NCBI GenBank assembly: GCA_963749495.1
Contig: CAVVMW010000018.1
Span: 62,240 to 126,239, forward strand
DNA from: an uncultured bacterium
GTDB lineage: Bacteria > Verrucomicrobiota > Verrucomicrobiia > Limisphaerales > UBA8199
DNA: 64,000 bases
Direction of reading: 5' to 3'
Part shown: positions 28,150 through 37,178 of the stretch, piece after piece
Numbering within the stretch: position 1 is the stretch's first letter
How the letters are laid out: each line of letters opens with the position of its first letter
Translations under genes and position numbers: made by a program
Notes under the pieces: generated by a model
Seen by the model: only the letters and a program-made list of their open reading frames with translations
Told to the model about the DNA's origin: nothing
The model's database searches: none

Positions 28150-28371
28150 ATGAAAAAGCAAGTAAAATATTCACTCAAAGTGCAGGCAATCCGTTCCAAG
28201 GGGCAGACCCCCAAGCTCTATGTGTATTTTCCGATCCCCCTGGCCGCCGCCATTGGGCTGGAGCCGGGAGAGCAGGTCGAGTGGGAGCTTTTGAACCGAA
28301 GCGAACTATATTTGGTGCGCCCGCACGCCCCGCCGCCGCGCGCTCGTCCCCGCGCTTTGGCAGTCGGCTGA
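28150..28371 (+). CDS. Small AbrB/SpoVT-like protein (possible orphan antitoxin or IS passenger)
   Basis: PIPLAAAIGLEPGEQVEWELLNRSELYLVRP resembles a swapped-hairpin AbrB domain. The gene has an AT-rich 5' end. Confidence 0.35.
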   Translation: MKKQVKYSLKVQAIRSKGQTPKLYVYFPIPLAAAIGLEPGEQVEWELLNRSELYLVRPHAPPPRARPRALAVG

Positions 28372-28513
28372 GCGTTCGACACCCTGTCGGTAACCCACCC
28401 GCCATCCTGCCAGTGGTCCAGGCCCGGTAAATCCGGCCCACCATGGCGATTTCATGCCAAATTTCGCGATCAACTATGAAATATGCGGGCTAGGCTGTCC
28501 CCCTTGTCTGGTT

Positions 28514-30280
28514 ATGACAGGAAAAGTTGAACTGCTTTCCGGCAACGAGGCGATAGCGCGCGGGGCCTACGAGGCGGGGGTGACCGTGGCCACGGGCTAT
28601 CCGGGCACGCCCTCGACGGAGATTCTCGAGGCCGTCTCCGGCTTCAAGCCGGAGGTCTATAGCGAATGGGCGCCCAACGAGAAGGTGGCGCTGGAGGTGG
28701 CCGTGGGCGCCTCGTTGAGCGGGGCGCGCTCGATCGTGACGATGAAACACGTCGGGCTCAATGTCGCCGCCGACCCGCTAATGACCTTCGCCTACATCGG
28801 GGCGGTGGGGGGCCTGGTGGTCTGCGTGGCGGACGACCCCGGCATGCACTCCTCGCAAAACGAGCAGGACACCCGCCACTATGCCCGCCTGGCGAAGATC
28901 CCGCTCCTGGAGCCGTCCGACTCCCAGGAGGCGCTCGATTTCACGGCACTGGGGCTGGACATTTCGGAGCAGTTTCAGACGCCGGTCATTCTGCGCACGA
29001 CCACGCGGGTGAGCCACTCGCGCAGCATCGTGAGCCTGGGCGAACGGGCGCCGCGGCCCCGGCCGGCCGGCTTCGTCAAGAACCCGCCCCGCTACGTGCC
29101 CATTCCCATGTGGGGCCGGGTGATGCGCCGGGCGGTGGAGGAGCGTCTGCCCAAACTGGGCGCCGCGGCGAGCCAATCCCCGGCCAATCGCATCGAGATG
29201 CGCGACCCGGCCCTGGGCATCATCACCGGCAGCGTCGCCTACCAGTATGCGCGGGACATCTGGCCGGAGGCCTCGGTCTTGAAATTGGGCTGGGCGTATC
29301 CGTTTCCGGACGAGTTGATCCGCCGGTTCGCCGGGCAGGTCAAACGCCTGCTGGTGGTCGAGGAATTGGACGATTTCCTGGAAGAACACATCAAGGCGCT
29401 TGGCCTGGCGTGCGATGGCCGCAATATCATCCCCGGCGTGGGCGAACTCTCCCCCACGGTCTTGCGGGCCGCCCGCGCCAGGCACGAGGGCCGGCCCGAG
29501 GCCGCCGCCAGCCCGCGCGCCGACACCCGGGACCTGCCCCTGCGCCCGCCCGTGCTCTGCCCCGGTTGCCCGCACCGCGGCATCTTCTATGCCCTGGCGC
29601 AATTCGACGTGGTCGTCACCGGCGACATCGGCTGCTACAGCCTGGGCGTGTTCCCGCCGCTCAACCGCATGGACACCATCCTGTGCATGGGGGCGGGGGT
29701 CTCGATGACCCAGGGCTTCGAAAAGGCCGGCGAACCCAAGCGCGTCGTCGGCATGGTCGGCGATTCGACCTTCTTTCACTCCGGCATCACCGGGTTGCTC
29801 AATATCGCCTGCAACGGCGGCTCCGCCGTCATCATCGTGGTGGACAACCGCACCACGGCCATGACCGGCCACCAGCCCAACCCCGGCTCCGGCCAAACGC
29901 TCATGGGGGAGGCTGCCCCCGCGGCCTCCATCGAGGCCATCGCCGCCGCCTGCGGCGTCAGGCGCGTCCTGACCGTCAACCCTTACGAACTGCAGCCCAC
30001 CATCCAGGCCCTCAAGGAATCGCTGGCCGCCCTCGAGCCGACGGTGATCGTCTCGCGCGCCCCCTGCCCCCTGGAGCAGGGCAAAGCGGCCGGCCCGCCC
30101 CAGGCCATCAACCCGGAGCAGTGCCAGCAGTGTTACGAGTGCCTGGGCCTGGGCTGCCCCGGGCTGGAGCGGGACCAGGCCCAGGGCCTGCGCATCAACG
30201 ACCTGCTCTGCGGCGGCTGCACCCTCTGCCGCCAGGTCTGCGCTTTCGAGGCGATCTCAACCCGCGCGGCCCCTCTATGA
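28514..30280 (+). CDS. iorA: Indolepyruvate:ferredoxin oxidoreductase alpha subunit
   Basis: Start MTGKVELLSGNEAIARGAYEAGVTVATGYPGTPSTEILE. Has a TPP-binding GDIGCY...GDSTFFHSG and a C-terminal ferredoxin-like Cys cluster. Confidence 0.85.
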   Translation: MTGKVELLSGNEAIARGAYEAGVTVATGYPGTPSTEILEAVSGFKPEVYSEWAPNEKVALEVAVGASLSGARSIVTMKHVGLNVAADPLMTFAYIGAVGGLVVCVADDPGMHSSQNEQDTRHYARLAKIPLLEPSDSQEALDFTALGLDISEQFQTPVILRTTTRVSHSRSIVSLGERAPRPRPAGFVKNPPRYVPIPMWGRVMRRAVEERLPKLGAAASQSPANRIEMRDPALGIITGSVAYQYARDIWPEASVLKLGWAYPFPDELIRRFAGQVKRLLVVEELDDFLEEHIKALGLACDGRNIIPGVGELSPTVLRAARARHEGRPEAAASPRADTRDLPLRPPVLCPGCPHRGIFYALAQFDVVVTGDIGCYSLGVFPPLNRMDTILCMGAGVSMTQGFEKAGEPKRVVGMVGDSTFFHSGITGLLNIACNGGSAVIIVVDNRTTAMTGHQPNPGSGQTLMGEAAPAASIEAIAAACGVRRVLTVNPYELQPTIQALKESLAALEPTVIVSRAPCPLEQGKAAGPPQAINPEQCQQCYECLGLGCPGLERDQAQGLRINDLLCGGCTLCRQVCAFEAISTRAAPL

Positions 30281-30413
30281 ACCGGCGCCACGTCCGAAGG
30301 TTTTGGACTGCGGCAGTCCTCTGCCGCTTTCACGTCCCCACGCTCCCAAAAGCGGCAGAGGACTGCCGCAGTCCAAAACGCTTCGCGCCGAGCGAAGCCC
30401 GTCCGGTTCATGG
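30277..30413. repeat. Family-2 repeat inserted between iorA and iorB
   Basis: ATGAACCGG...CCGGTTCAT outer arms and the GTTTTGGACTGCGGCAGTCCTCTGCCGCTTT...AAAGCGGCAGAGGACTGCCGCAGTCCAAAAC core. The left arm overlaps the iorA stop codon. Confidence 0.9.
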
Positions 30414-30449
30414 TCCCAATGCCCGATCTCAGAATAGCGGAGGCTCTCC

Positions 30450-31037
30450 ATGACCGCCACCCACACCGTCAATGTGGTCCTGGCCGGTGTGGGCGGCCAG
30501 GGCATCCTGCTGGCCAGCGAGATTGTCGCCCGCTCCGCCATGGCTGCCGGCTATGCCGTCAAGACCAACGAGGTACACGGCATGGCCCAGCGCGGCGGCT
30601 CGGTGCTGGCGCAGATTCGCTATGGGCAGGAGGTCCATAGCCCGCTGGTCGAGCGCGGCGCCGCCCAGGTGCTGGGCGCGCTGGAGTGCATCGAATCGCT
30701 CCGGCACGCCGATTACCTGGCGCCCGACGGCCTGGCGGTGGTCTCCAGCCAGAGGGTCGTGCCCATCACCGTCTCCAGCGGCCAGGCCAAATACCCCGAG
30801 GATGCCGAGGCGCGGATTCGGGCCGCCTTTCCGCGCCTGGTCTATCTGGATGCCCTTGGAATAGCGGCGGCCCTCGGCTCCATCAGATGTTCCAACCTCG
30901 TCATCCTGGGTGCCCTGTCCACGGGCCTGACCCTCCCCGCCGTGGCCTGGCACGAGGGCATTGGCCAGTCCGTAAAACCGCAATTTCTCGAACTCAACCT
31001 CCGGGCCTTCGCGCGCGGAGCGGCCTTGCGGGCGTGA
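30450..31037 (+). CDS. iorB: Indolepyruvate:ferredoxin oxidoreductase beta subunit
   Basis: VNVVLAGVGGQGILLASEIVARSAMAAGYAVKTNEVHGMAQRGGSV. GGAGG sits upstream of the ATG. Confidence 0.85.
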   Translation: MTATHTVNVVLAGVGGQGILLASEIVARSAMAAGYAVKTNEVHGMAQRGGSVLAQIRYGQEVHSPLVERGAAQVLGALECIESLRHADYLAPDGLAVVSSQRVVPITVSSGQAKYPEDAEARIRAAFPRLVYLDALGIAAALGSIRCSNLVILGALSTGLTLPAVAWHEGIGQSVKPQFLELNLRAFARGAALRA

Positions 31038-31086
31038 TCACATCATGCAACCGGTCATGGAAGGCGGAACCAGAGTCTCCGGCCGA

Positions 31087-31262
31087 CCCCTCACCCCAGC
31101 CCTCTCCCCACCCGCTGCGACGGCGCGGCAGCGCGGCGAGTCGGATGGGGAGAGGGAGAATTCTGCGCAGCCGCTGGAGGAACCAGAGATGCTTGGAAGT
31201 TCAAGCGACTGCCGACGCTTCTCCCTCTCCCCTTCAGAAGGGGAGAGGGCCGGGGTGAGGGG
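31087..31262. repeat. Family-1 inverted pair (about 176 bp; left unit has an expanded loop)
   Basis: CCCCTCACCCCAGCCCTCTCCCC...GGGGAGAGGG at 31087-31157 and CCCTCTCCCCTTCAGAAGGGGAGAGGGCCGGGGTGAGGGG at 31224-31262. Confidence 0.9.
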
Positions 31263-31305
31263 TCTGCCCCCGTGACACTCCCGCCTTCACTGCGGCCTTA
31301 CCACA

Positions 31306-31660
31306 TCAGGTCTGATCGCGCTGGCCCAGCTTGCGGATCCAGATGTTGCGGAACCGAAGCGGGTTGTTGTGGTACTGCAACTCGATGAAGACCTCGGGCG
31401 GATGAGGGCTGCCGTACTTCGAGAGCGTCCTCCAGGGCACCTCGCGGGTGATGCCGTCGGTAATTCCGGCCAGTTCGTATCGGTTCTGGACGACGACGCC
31501 GTTGTAGAGCACGGTGACAATGGCCTTCTTAGCATAGGTTTAATGGTTCACAGTGATGGTCGTTTTCAAACGGATGCCGGCGGAAGAGCTTCCCGCGCGC
31601 AGTTCGACCTTTCCGCTTTCCAGGACGACAGAATGCCGATCCATGTCCCAACAGGCCAGT
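31306..31660 (-). pseudogene. Remnant of a DUF1080-like (3-keto-disaccharide hydrolase family) gene with an in-frame TAA
   Basis: C-terminal LQYHNNPLRFRNIWIRKLG is a hallmark. An in-frame TAA at 31540-31542 separates ...IRLKTTITVNH from TYAKKAIVTVLYNGVVVQN. Too short for the full domain. Confidence 0.4.
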
Positions 31661-31862
31661 GATTTCGCCGGCGAAGGGAGTTCGGCGAGCGGAGGCCCCG
31701 GTAAGCCGGCGCTCCTCGGAAAGCCACGGCCTGTAAGGCCGGGACCTTATGGCGCCCCTAAAAGGGCGTGCGCGCAAGGCAGAATTCTTCGCTGCCGCAT
31801 AGCGGAACCGATGCCTTACACCGAGAACCTCGTTGACCCTCTGCCCGCCGCCGGTCTATTCA

Positions 31863-34091
31863 ATGCCCATGCGCGTATGCTCTGCTCGAAGGTTGTGGTG
31901 GTGGTTTCCCGGATTCCTCTGCCTGTTGGCAGGCATGATGGCGGCCTGGGCGGAGGAAGGCGGCGCGCTCCGGCCCTGGACAGAATACCGCACGATCATG
32001 TGGGTGGGGGACACCGCATACCGGCGGCCGGAGAAGCTGCCGCTGTTCTTCCAGCGCCTGCGCGAGATGGGCATCAACACCGCGATGGTCTATGGCGAAG
32101 GGGAGGCCCAGCCGCTGCTGGACAACCGGTTCCCCTATTATGTCGAGAACATGGTCAACCGCGGGCTCTGCCTCAAGTTCAACTCGAACGTCCGCGACTG
32201 GGACAAATGCGTCACCGAGTGGGCGCATTCCGGGCGGCCCGAGAGCGGCCTGGTGCGCGATTATTGCCTGGACGACCCCCAGTGGCGGCAGTGGGCCCGG
32301 CAGCAGGTTCAGAAACTGGTCCGCAGGCACCTCGAGCATCAACCGCTGGCCTACAACATCCGCGACGAACTCTCGACCACCACCTCCGCCAATCCATTCG
32401 ACTACGACTTCAATCCCATCGCCCTGGCCAAATTCCGCGAGTGGCTCAAGACCCAATACACCGGCCTGGCCGCCCTCAACGCCCAATGGCAAACGCGCTT
32501 TGCGTCGTGGGACGACGTCAAGCCCTTCACGACGGACCAGGTCAAGAACCGCATGGGCAGCGGCGAGGCCCTGCCGCGCGGCACGGCCGATTGGCAGCAG
32601 GTGCAGGCGCTCAGGTTCGAGCCGGCCTCAGCCCGCCAATCTCTCACTCGCTGGAACTTCGCGCCCTGGGCCGATTTCCGGACCTATATGGACCTCTCGC
32701 TGGCCCGGACGTTGGCTGACCTCCGCCAGGCCGCCCACGATCTGGACCCCCGCACGCCCGTCGGCATCGAAGGCACCCAGATGCCCCATGCCTTCGGCGG
32801 CTACGACCTCTGGCGCCTGGCCCAGGCGCTCGATTGGGTCGAGCCCTACGACGTCGCCAATGCCCGCGAAATCTTTGGCTCGTTCATGCCCGGCAAACCG
32901 GTGCTCACCACCGTCTTCGAATCGCTCACCAACCCTGCCCGCCGCCGGCTTTGGCACCTGCTGCTGGAGGGCGATCGCGGCTGCATCATCTGGTGGAGCG
33001 AGGACTGCCTCGAGTGGAACAACCCAGATTATCCGCTCACCGCCAAGGCCAAGGCCCTGGCCCCGGCCCTCCAGGAAATGACTTCGCCCCTGGCGCGGCT
33101 CTTCCTCCGCGCCCGCCCCGAGCGCGACCCCGTCTTTATCCATTACTCCCAGCCGTGCATCCAGGTGGATTGGCTGCTCGAATTGACCGTGGACGGCTCG
33201 ACCTGGCTGCGGCGGTTCTCCAGCTTCGAGGCCGATCACAACCACCAGGCCGTCATCCGCGACGGCTGGCTCAAGGCCTTCCAGGATTTGGGATACAGCC
33301 CCCAGTTCATCTCCTCGGAGCAAATCGAGAACGGCGCCCTCAACCGGCCGGGCGGCGCAGTGCTGGTGCTCCCGGCCTCATGGGCGCTCTCGGACAAGGA
33401 GGCCGCGGCGATTCGGGCATTCCTCACCCTCTCCCCATCCGATGGGGAGAGGGTGGCTGGCAGGCCGGGTGAGGGGAAGCCCCTGGAAGGTCCTTCCGCA
33501 AACGTTCCCCAGCGCGTTGCCTTCTATGATGGCACACCGGGCCTCTTCGACCAGCACGGCACCCTTCGCCCGAAGAGCCCGCTCGAACCGTTGTTCCCTC
33601 TGGCGGCAGCCGATTCGGCGGGCTGCATCGCCCCCAATGGCGGCAGCGGACAAGTCCCGCCCCCCGGCGGCATCGCCCGCTATGCCGCCGAGCGTTTGAA
33701 AGCGCAGCCCGCCGCAGCCTGGCCGGATTGGATTGGCGCCCGGCTCAAGGAGATGCCGGGCGCGGTCCAGTTGCCCGCCAACTCGCGGACACGCATCCAC
33801 CGCTTCAGCGCCGGCCGCGCCCGGCTGCTCGCCTTCGAGCGCAACATCGATTACCACATGAGCGAGGAGTTGAAGCAGGCGGGCGGCAATGAGGCGCTCG
33901 AGAAACCCGTCGAGCTGGAGGCCGCCCTGCCCCAAGCCGCCCACGTCTATGACCTCCGCACCCAACAATATCTCGGCCACACCGACCGGATACGTTTCAC
34001 GCTCGACCCCTGGCAACCGGCCCTCTTTGCCCTTACCCAGGAGAAGCTGCCCGCGGGGTCCATCGTCGAGGCGCTGTCGGAACAGCAGTAG
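31863..34091 (+). CDS. GH42-like beta-galactosidase-family protein (secreted)
   Basis: MPMRV start followed by a signal peptide. General resemblance to GH42 catalytic and trimerisation regions (NPFDYDFNPIALAKFREWLKTQYTGLAALNAQW). Carries an in-frame family-1 repeat. Confidence 0.7.
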   Translation: MPMRVCSARRLWWWFPGFLCLLAGMMAAWAEEGGALRPWTEYRTIMWVGDTAYRRPEKLPLFFQRLREMGINTAMVYGEGEAQPLLDNRFPYYVENMVNRGLCLKFNSNVRDWDKCVTEWAHSGRPESGLVRDYCLDDPQWRQWARQQVQKLVRRHLEHQPLAYNIRDELSTTTSANPFDYDFNPIALAKFREWLKTQYTGLAALNAQWQTRFASWDDVKPFTTDQVKNRMGSGEALPRGTADWQQVQALRFEPASARQSLTRWNFAPWADFRTYMDLSLARTLADLRQAAHDLDPRTPVGIEGTQMPHAFGGYDLWRLAQALDWVEPYDVANAREIFGSFMPGKPVLTTVFESLTNPARRRLWHLLLEGDRGCIIWWSEDCLEWNNPDYPLTAKAKALAPALQEMTSPLARLFLRARPERDPVFIHYSQPCIQVDWLLELTVDGSTWLRRFSSFEADHNHQAVIRDGWLKAFQDLGYSPQFISSEQIENGALNRPGGAVLVLPASWALSDKEAAAIRAFLTLSPSDGERVAGRPGEGKPLEGPSANVPQRVAFYDGTPGLFDQHGTLRPKSPLEPLFPLAAADSAGCIAPNGGSGQVPPPGGIARYAAERLKAQPAAAWPDWIGARLKEMPGAVQLPANSRTRIHRFSAGRARLLAFERNIDYHMSEELKQAGGNEALEKPVELEAALPQAAHVYDLRTQQYLGHTDRIRFTLDPWQPALFALTQEKLPAGSIVEALSEQQ
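33422..33475. repeat. Family-1 repeat embedded in-frame in the GH42-like CDS
   Basis: CCTCACCCTCTCCCCATCCGATGGGGAGAGGGTGGCTGGCAGGCCGGGTGAGGGG is translated as LTLSPSDGERVAGRPGEG. Confidence 0.9.
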
Positions 34092-34722
34092 GGCGGCGTT
34101 TCAGAAACTGCTTGGCCTTTTTCCGTGTGGCGGGGCGCGGGTTGTGGAGTTGGTTTCGCACGAAGCGGAGGGCCGGGGCCGGGTCCCGGATGAGGTCAAA
34201 GAACTCCCCCAGGGCCAGGACGGCATGGCCGATGGCGACGTTCCGGCACTCGGCAGTCTGGTAGCGGGCCCTGGCCACCTTCAACACCTCGCTGGCTATC
34301 CGGTCGGCGAGCTGCGGCTTGGCCCGGGCGACACGCGCCGCGCCCCGGATGACGTTGGCGGCGGTGATCATGACCGGGCCGGGGATCGGGGCAAAATACC
34401 GGTCGAAAATGGCGGCGAACCTGTCTTGGGCATCCACGCGGGCCAACTGCGAGAGCACGAACGCGCCGTGCCACTGGAAGATCTTGTTCTTGTGGTCCAA
34501 TAAGCGGGCGAAGATGTCGAATTTCGGATAGAGCAACTCGGGGCGCTCCTCGCTGAGAATGCGCAATGCCTTGGCGCAACCGAATTTGCTGCGGGCCGCC
34601 TCGGCACCGAGCCCCGCGATGATGCGGTCCAACAAGGAAGGGTTGCGGATGGTCTTGCGCGCGAGCAGCAGCGGGTTGGCAGCCGCCCGCAGAACCGGCG
34701 CAAGCGCAGTGGTCGTGGTCAT
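34033..34722 (-). CDS. Hypothetical helical-repeat protein (HEAT/alkylation-repair-like; weak)
   Basis: 229-aa ORF with good coding appearance. The 3' end overlaps the convergent gene by 59 nt. Function not recognised with confidence. Confidence 0.5.
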   Translation of the reverse strand: MTTTTALAPVLRAAANPLLLARKTIRNPSLLDRIIAGLGAEAARSKFGCAKALRILSEERPELLYPKFDIFARLLDHKNKIFQWHGAFVLSQLARVDAQDRFAAIFDRYFAPIPGPVMITAANVIRGAARVARAKPQLADRIASEVLKVARARYQTAECRNVAIGHAVLALGEFFDLIRDPAPALRFVRNQLHNPRPATRKKAKQFLKRRPTAVPTAPRRWTPRAASPG

Positions 34723-34895
34723 GGCGCGAGATTACTCGCCGTCGGTTCGGCCGTAAAGAACGCGGTGTCATTCAAGGGCGTCGTGTTGCAGAACCACACC
34801 AACCGCTGGGGCTATTTCCTGGGAACGAACCAAACCGGGCAGGTCCTCATCTCCAGCCCGTAGCCAGGTGGCAGAGGGGCCTTGTTCCATGCCTG

Positions 34896-35112
34896 AAGGG
34901 CCGCCAGCCTAGCCCAGGGCTGAGGCCGGAAGGCCGATGCCCTGGGTAGAGGGTCTTCGAAATGAAATGCGCCCTGAAAGAATCCCCCGAACGAATTCGC
35001 GCTTTGCGCCCCTGAACCTCAATCTTGCGTTCCCGTCCCGCGTAGCGTTTTGGACTGCCGCAGTCCAAAACCTTCGGACTTGGTGTTGGTTCATGGAGGG
35101 GCGCCAGAGTCC
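34896..35112. repeat. Family-2 composite repeat (half element)
   Basis: Colinear with 4060-4275: AGCCTAGCCCAGGGCTGAGGCCG...GCGCCCTGAAAGAATCCC...GTTTTGGACTGCCGCAGTCCAAAACCTTCGG. Confidence 0.9.
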
Positions 35113-35398
35113 TCGGTCCCACACATACCGCTCGTCGTATCGTTGACCGTCCCGCCCAGGCAGGCGCGCAGCAAGCGGTTAGGGATGGGGGACGACTCGC
35201 GAATGGCGCAAGCCATCGGGCGAGTCAACCGCGGGGCGGACCTCGGACTGGAGCGGCCCAAGGAGCAGTTGGAACAGGCACACGGAGATGCCGCGCCGAC
35301 GGAGATATGAGCAAAAATCAGAATTCAGGGACTTCATAACGACCCCTTCAAAAACCCCTTCAAAAATCAGAATTCAGGGACCCCTTCACTTCACTGAG

Positions 35399-35572
35399 TC
35401 ATACCAGCCCAGGGCAAGGCCCGCCGGAGCGTAGCGCAGGCGGGCCGCCGCCCTGGGTCCACCGCACATTCTCGATTGCAGGCCAACGGCCTGCTTCATA
35501 AGGCTCCTGGAGGTTGAATCGCGCTTTCAGCGCTCCAGATGATTATTGGCCGCCGTTCCCAGGGCTTTGCCC
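35399..35572. repeat. Family-5 foldback repeat (reverse orientation), truncated at the IS4-like element
   Basis: Contains an uninterrupted CAGGCCAACGGCCTG at 35479-35493. Homology ends at ...CCCAGGGCTTTGCCC (35572), where consensus continues TGGGCTGGTATGA. Confidence 0.85.
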
Positions 35573-37077
35573 CATAAGCGTTAACTTGTTTCTATAAACT
35601 CATCTTCTAGATCCAATATTACGTCTTCTTGAAACTTCCGCTTCCGCGGCGGATCCGCCAAACCAGCCGAGATCTTTTCCCACTGGTCGAGCGTTTCTCG
35701 CAGTGAGAGCCAAGGGATTACCGTCTGCAGCACCTGGCGAAACATAAAAACAAACTCTCGCCAAGGGCTACACCGTCTGGATTGCTTGGACGTCGTACCC
35801 CCAGGGGGAAAGGGCGCGCGCGTGCGCCAGGACCTTCTCGGTGAGCAGTGCCACGAACAGCTTGCCGTAAAGCCAGGCTCTGGCGCTCTCCGGATCCTGC
35901 TTGGGCAGGTGGCCTAGTTGGGCGATCTGCTTGAAACGCTTGAAGACCAATTCAATCTGCCACCGAAACCGATAATACTCCAAGACCAACCACGCCGGAA
36001 ACTCCACCTCCGGGAAGGTGCTCAGCACCATCACATACTCGGCGTAAACCAGTGTCTCGGGCTGCAAGTGCGAACCCTGCTTGCTGGCCTTGCGCCGGAG
36101 TTGCTCCTGCGCCAGGGCGATGGCGGCCTTGCTCTTGCGAATCACGCACACCCGCACCGCGACTGCGGGCTCCTCCTCCCATGGAACCAAGGCCTTCCAT
36201 TGGGCTATCTGGCCCGTTCGCTGGAGAGGTTTGAGCCTCTTTAGCAGATCGAAAGGATCGCCGGCCGGGGTCTGTAGCGCGATCCCATCCGGGTTCAACC
36301 GAACCGTGACGTAGCTGTTCCGTTTGGCGGCATAATGAATGCCGCTGGCGTGGCAGTAGCCCCGGTCCGACAAGGTGTAGTCACCGGCCTCCAGTGGAAA
36401 TTGCCGCAACGACTCCCCGTTGCCTTCGCCTTCGACCGGGGTGAGTTTGAAGCAGTCGCACCGCAGTGCGGGCCACAGCAGGCTATAATGAATTCGCCAC
36501 TGACTCCCCCTCGGACCGGGCTCTTTGATGAGCGTGCCGTCCACTAAACGCAATGGGTGGGTGCAGGCAGCGGGCGGTTTTAGGCCACGCTCTTCAAACA
36601 GGGCGCGACACAATTCATGGAGCCATTCCGCGCTCTTACGCAGCCGCTTGAACAACGCCACCGCCGAGAGGTTGGCCAATCCACCCTGCTTGGCGCGCGT
36701 CGCAGTATCGATCAGGGACAGGCCGCAACCAAAGTGCACCATCAACACTCGCAGGTAATTCTCCTCGCCCTTATCTTGCCGTAGGCCCTTGAGGGCGCGG
36801 GTCGTTTTGGCCAAGTGCCTCCAGCCGGGCGGAAAAAAGCTGCAGAGCAATTCCCAATCCTTTTTCTTCACTTTTGATCATTTCGGACTTGAAACTTGGG
36901 CGCAGTTGTGGCCGATTAGTTGGTTCGAGGTCTGTTTGGGCCGGAACCTTGCCGGTCAGAGACTGTCAGAGCCCTTACAAGCGGCGTTGAAAAACTGGGC
37001 CAGGTGGAGAATAATGTAGGGTGTGTGAGCGTCGATCTTCTGGTTCTGGTGTTTGCAGCAGTTGAACGCTTGATAAG
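35573..37077 (-). mobile_element. IS4-family insertion sequence (about 1.5 kb; ends tentative)
   Basis: Candidate imperfect IRs are CATAAGCGTTAACTTG (35573) and AGTTGAACGCTTGAT (37060-37074, reverse complement). The left end coincides with the truncation of a family-5 repeat. No clear target duplication was found. Confidence 0.55.
35768..36871 (-). CDS. IS4-family DDE transposase (intact)
   Basis: 367 aa with LVDGT, LSDRGY and YYRFRWQIELVFKRFK (the Y-2-R-3-E-6-K region). Confidence 0.85.
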   Translation of the reverse strand: MKKKDWELLCSFFPPGWRHLAKTTRALKGLRQDKGEENYLRVLMVHFGCGLSLIDTATRAKQGGLANLSAVALFKRLRKSAEWLHELCRALFEERGLKPPAACTHPLRLVDGTLIKEPGPRGSQWRIHYSLLWPALRCDCFKLTPVEGEGNGESLRQFPLEAGDYTLSDRGYCHASGIHYAAKRNSYVTVRLNPDGIALQTPAGDPFDLLKRLKPLQRTGQIAQWKALVPWEEEPAVAVRVCVIRKSKAAIALAQEQLRRKASKQGSHLQPETLVYAEYVMVLSTFPEVEFPAWLVLEYYRFRWQIELVFKRFKQIAQLGHLPKQDPESARAWLYGKLFVALLTEKVLAHARALSPWGYDVQAIQTV

Positions 37078-37178
37078 GACCGGGAAAGTGCCGGTCCGCC
37101 CCATTGAGATGAACTGTTGTGGCTGAACGACTTACGGAAATTTCTGAACTAAAACAGACTCGGCCAGTCTGATTATTT

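Noticed and set aside
31553-32719. A 388-aa plus-strand ORF overlapping the start of the GH42-like gene
   Set aside because: It is out of frame with the recognisable GH42-like product and Arg/Pro/Gly-rich; it is a shadow ORF.
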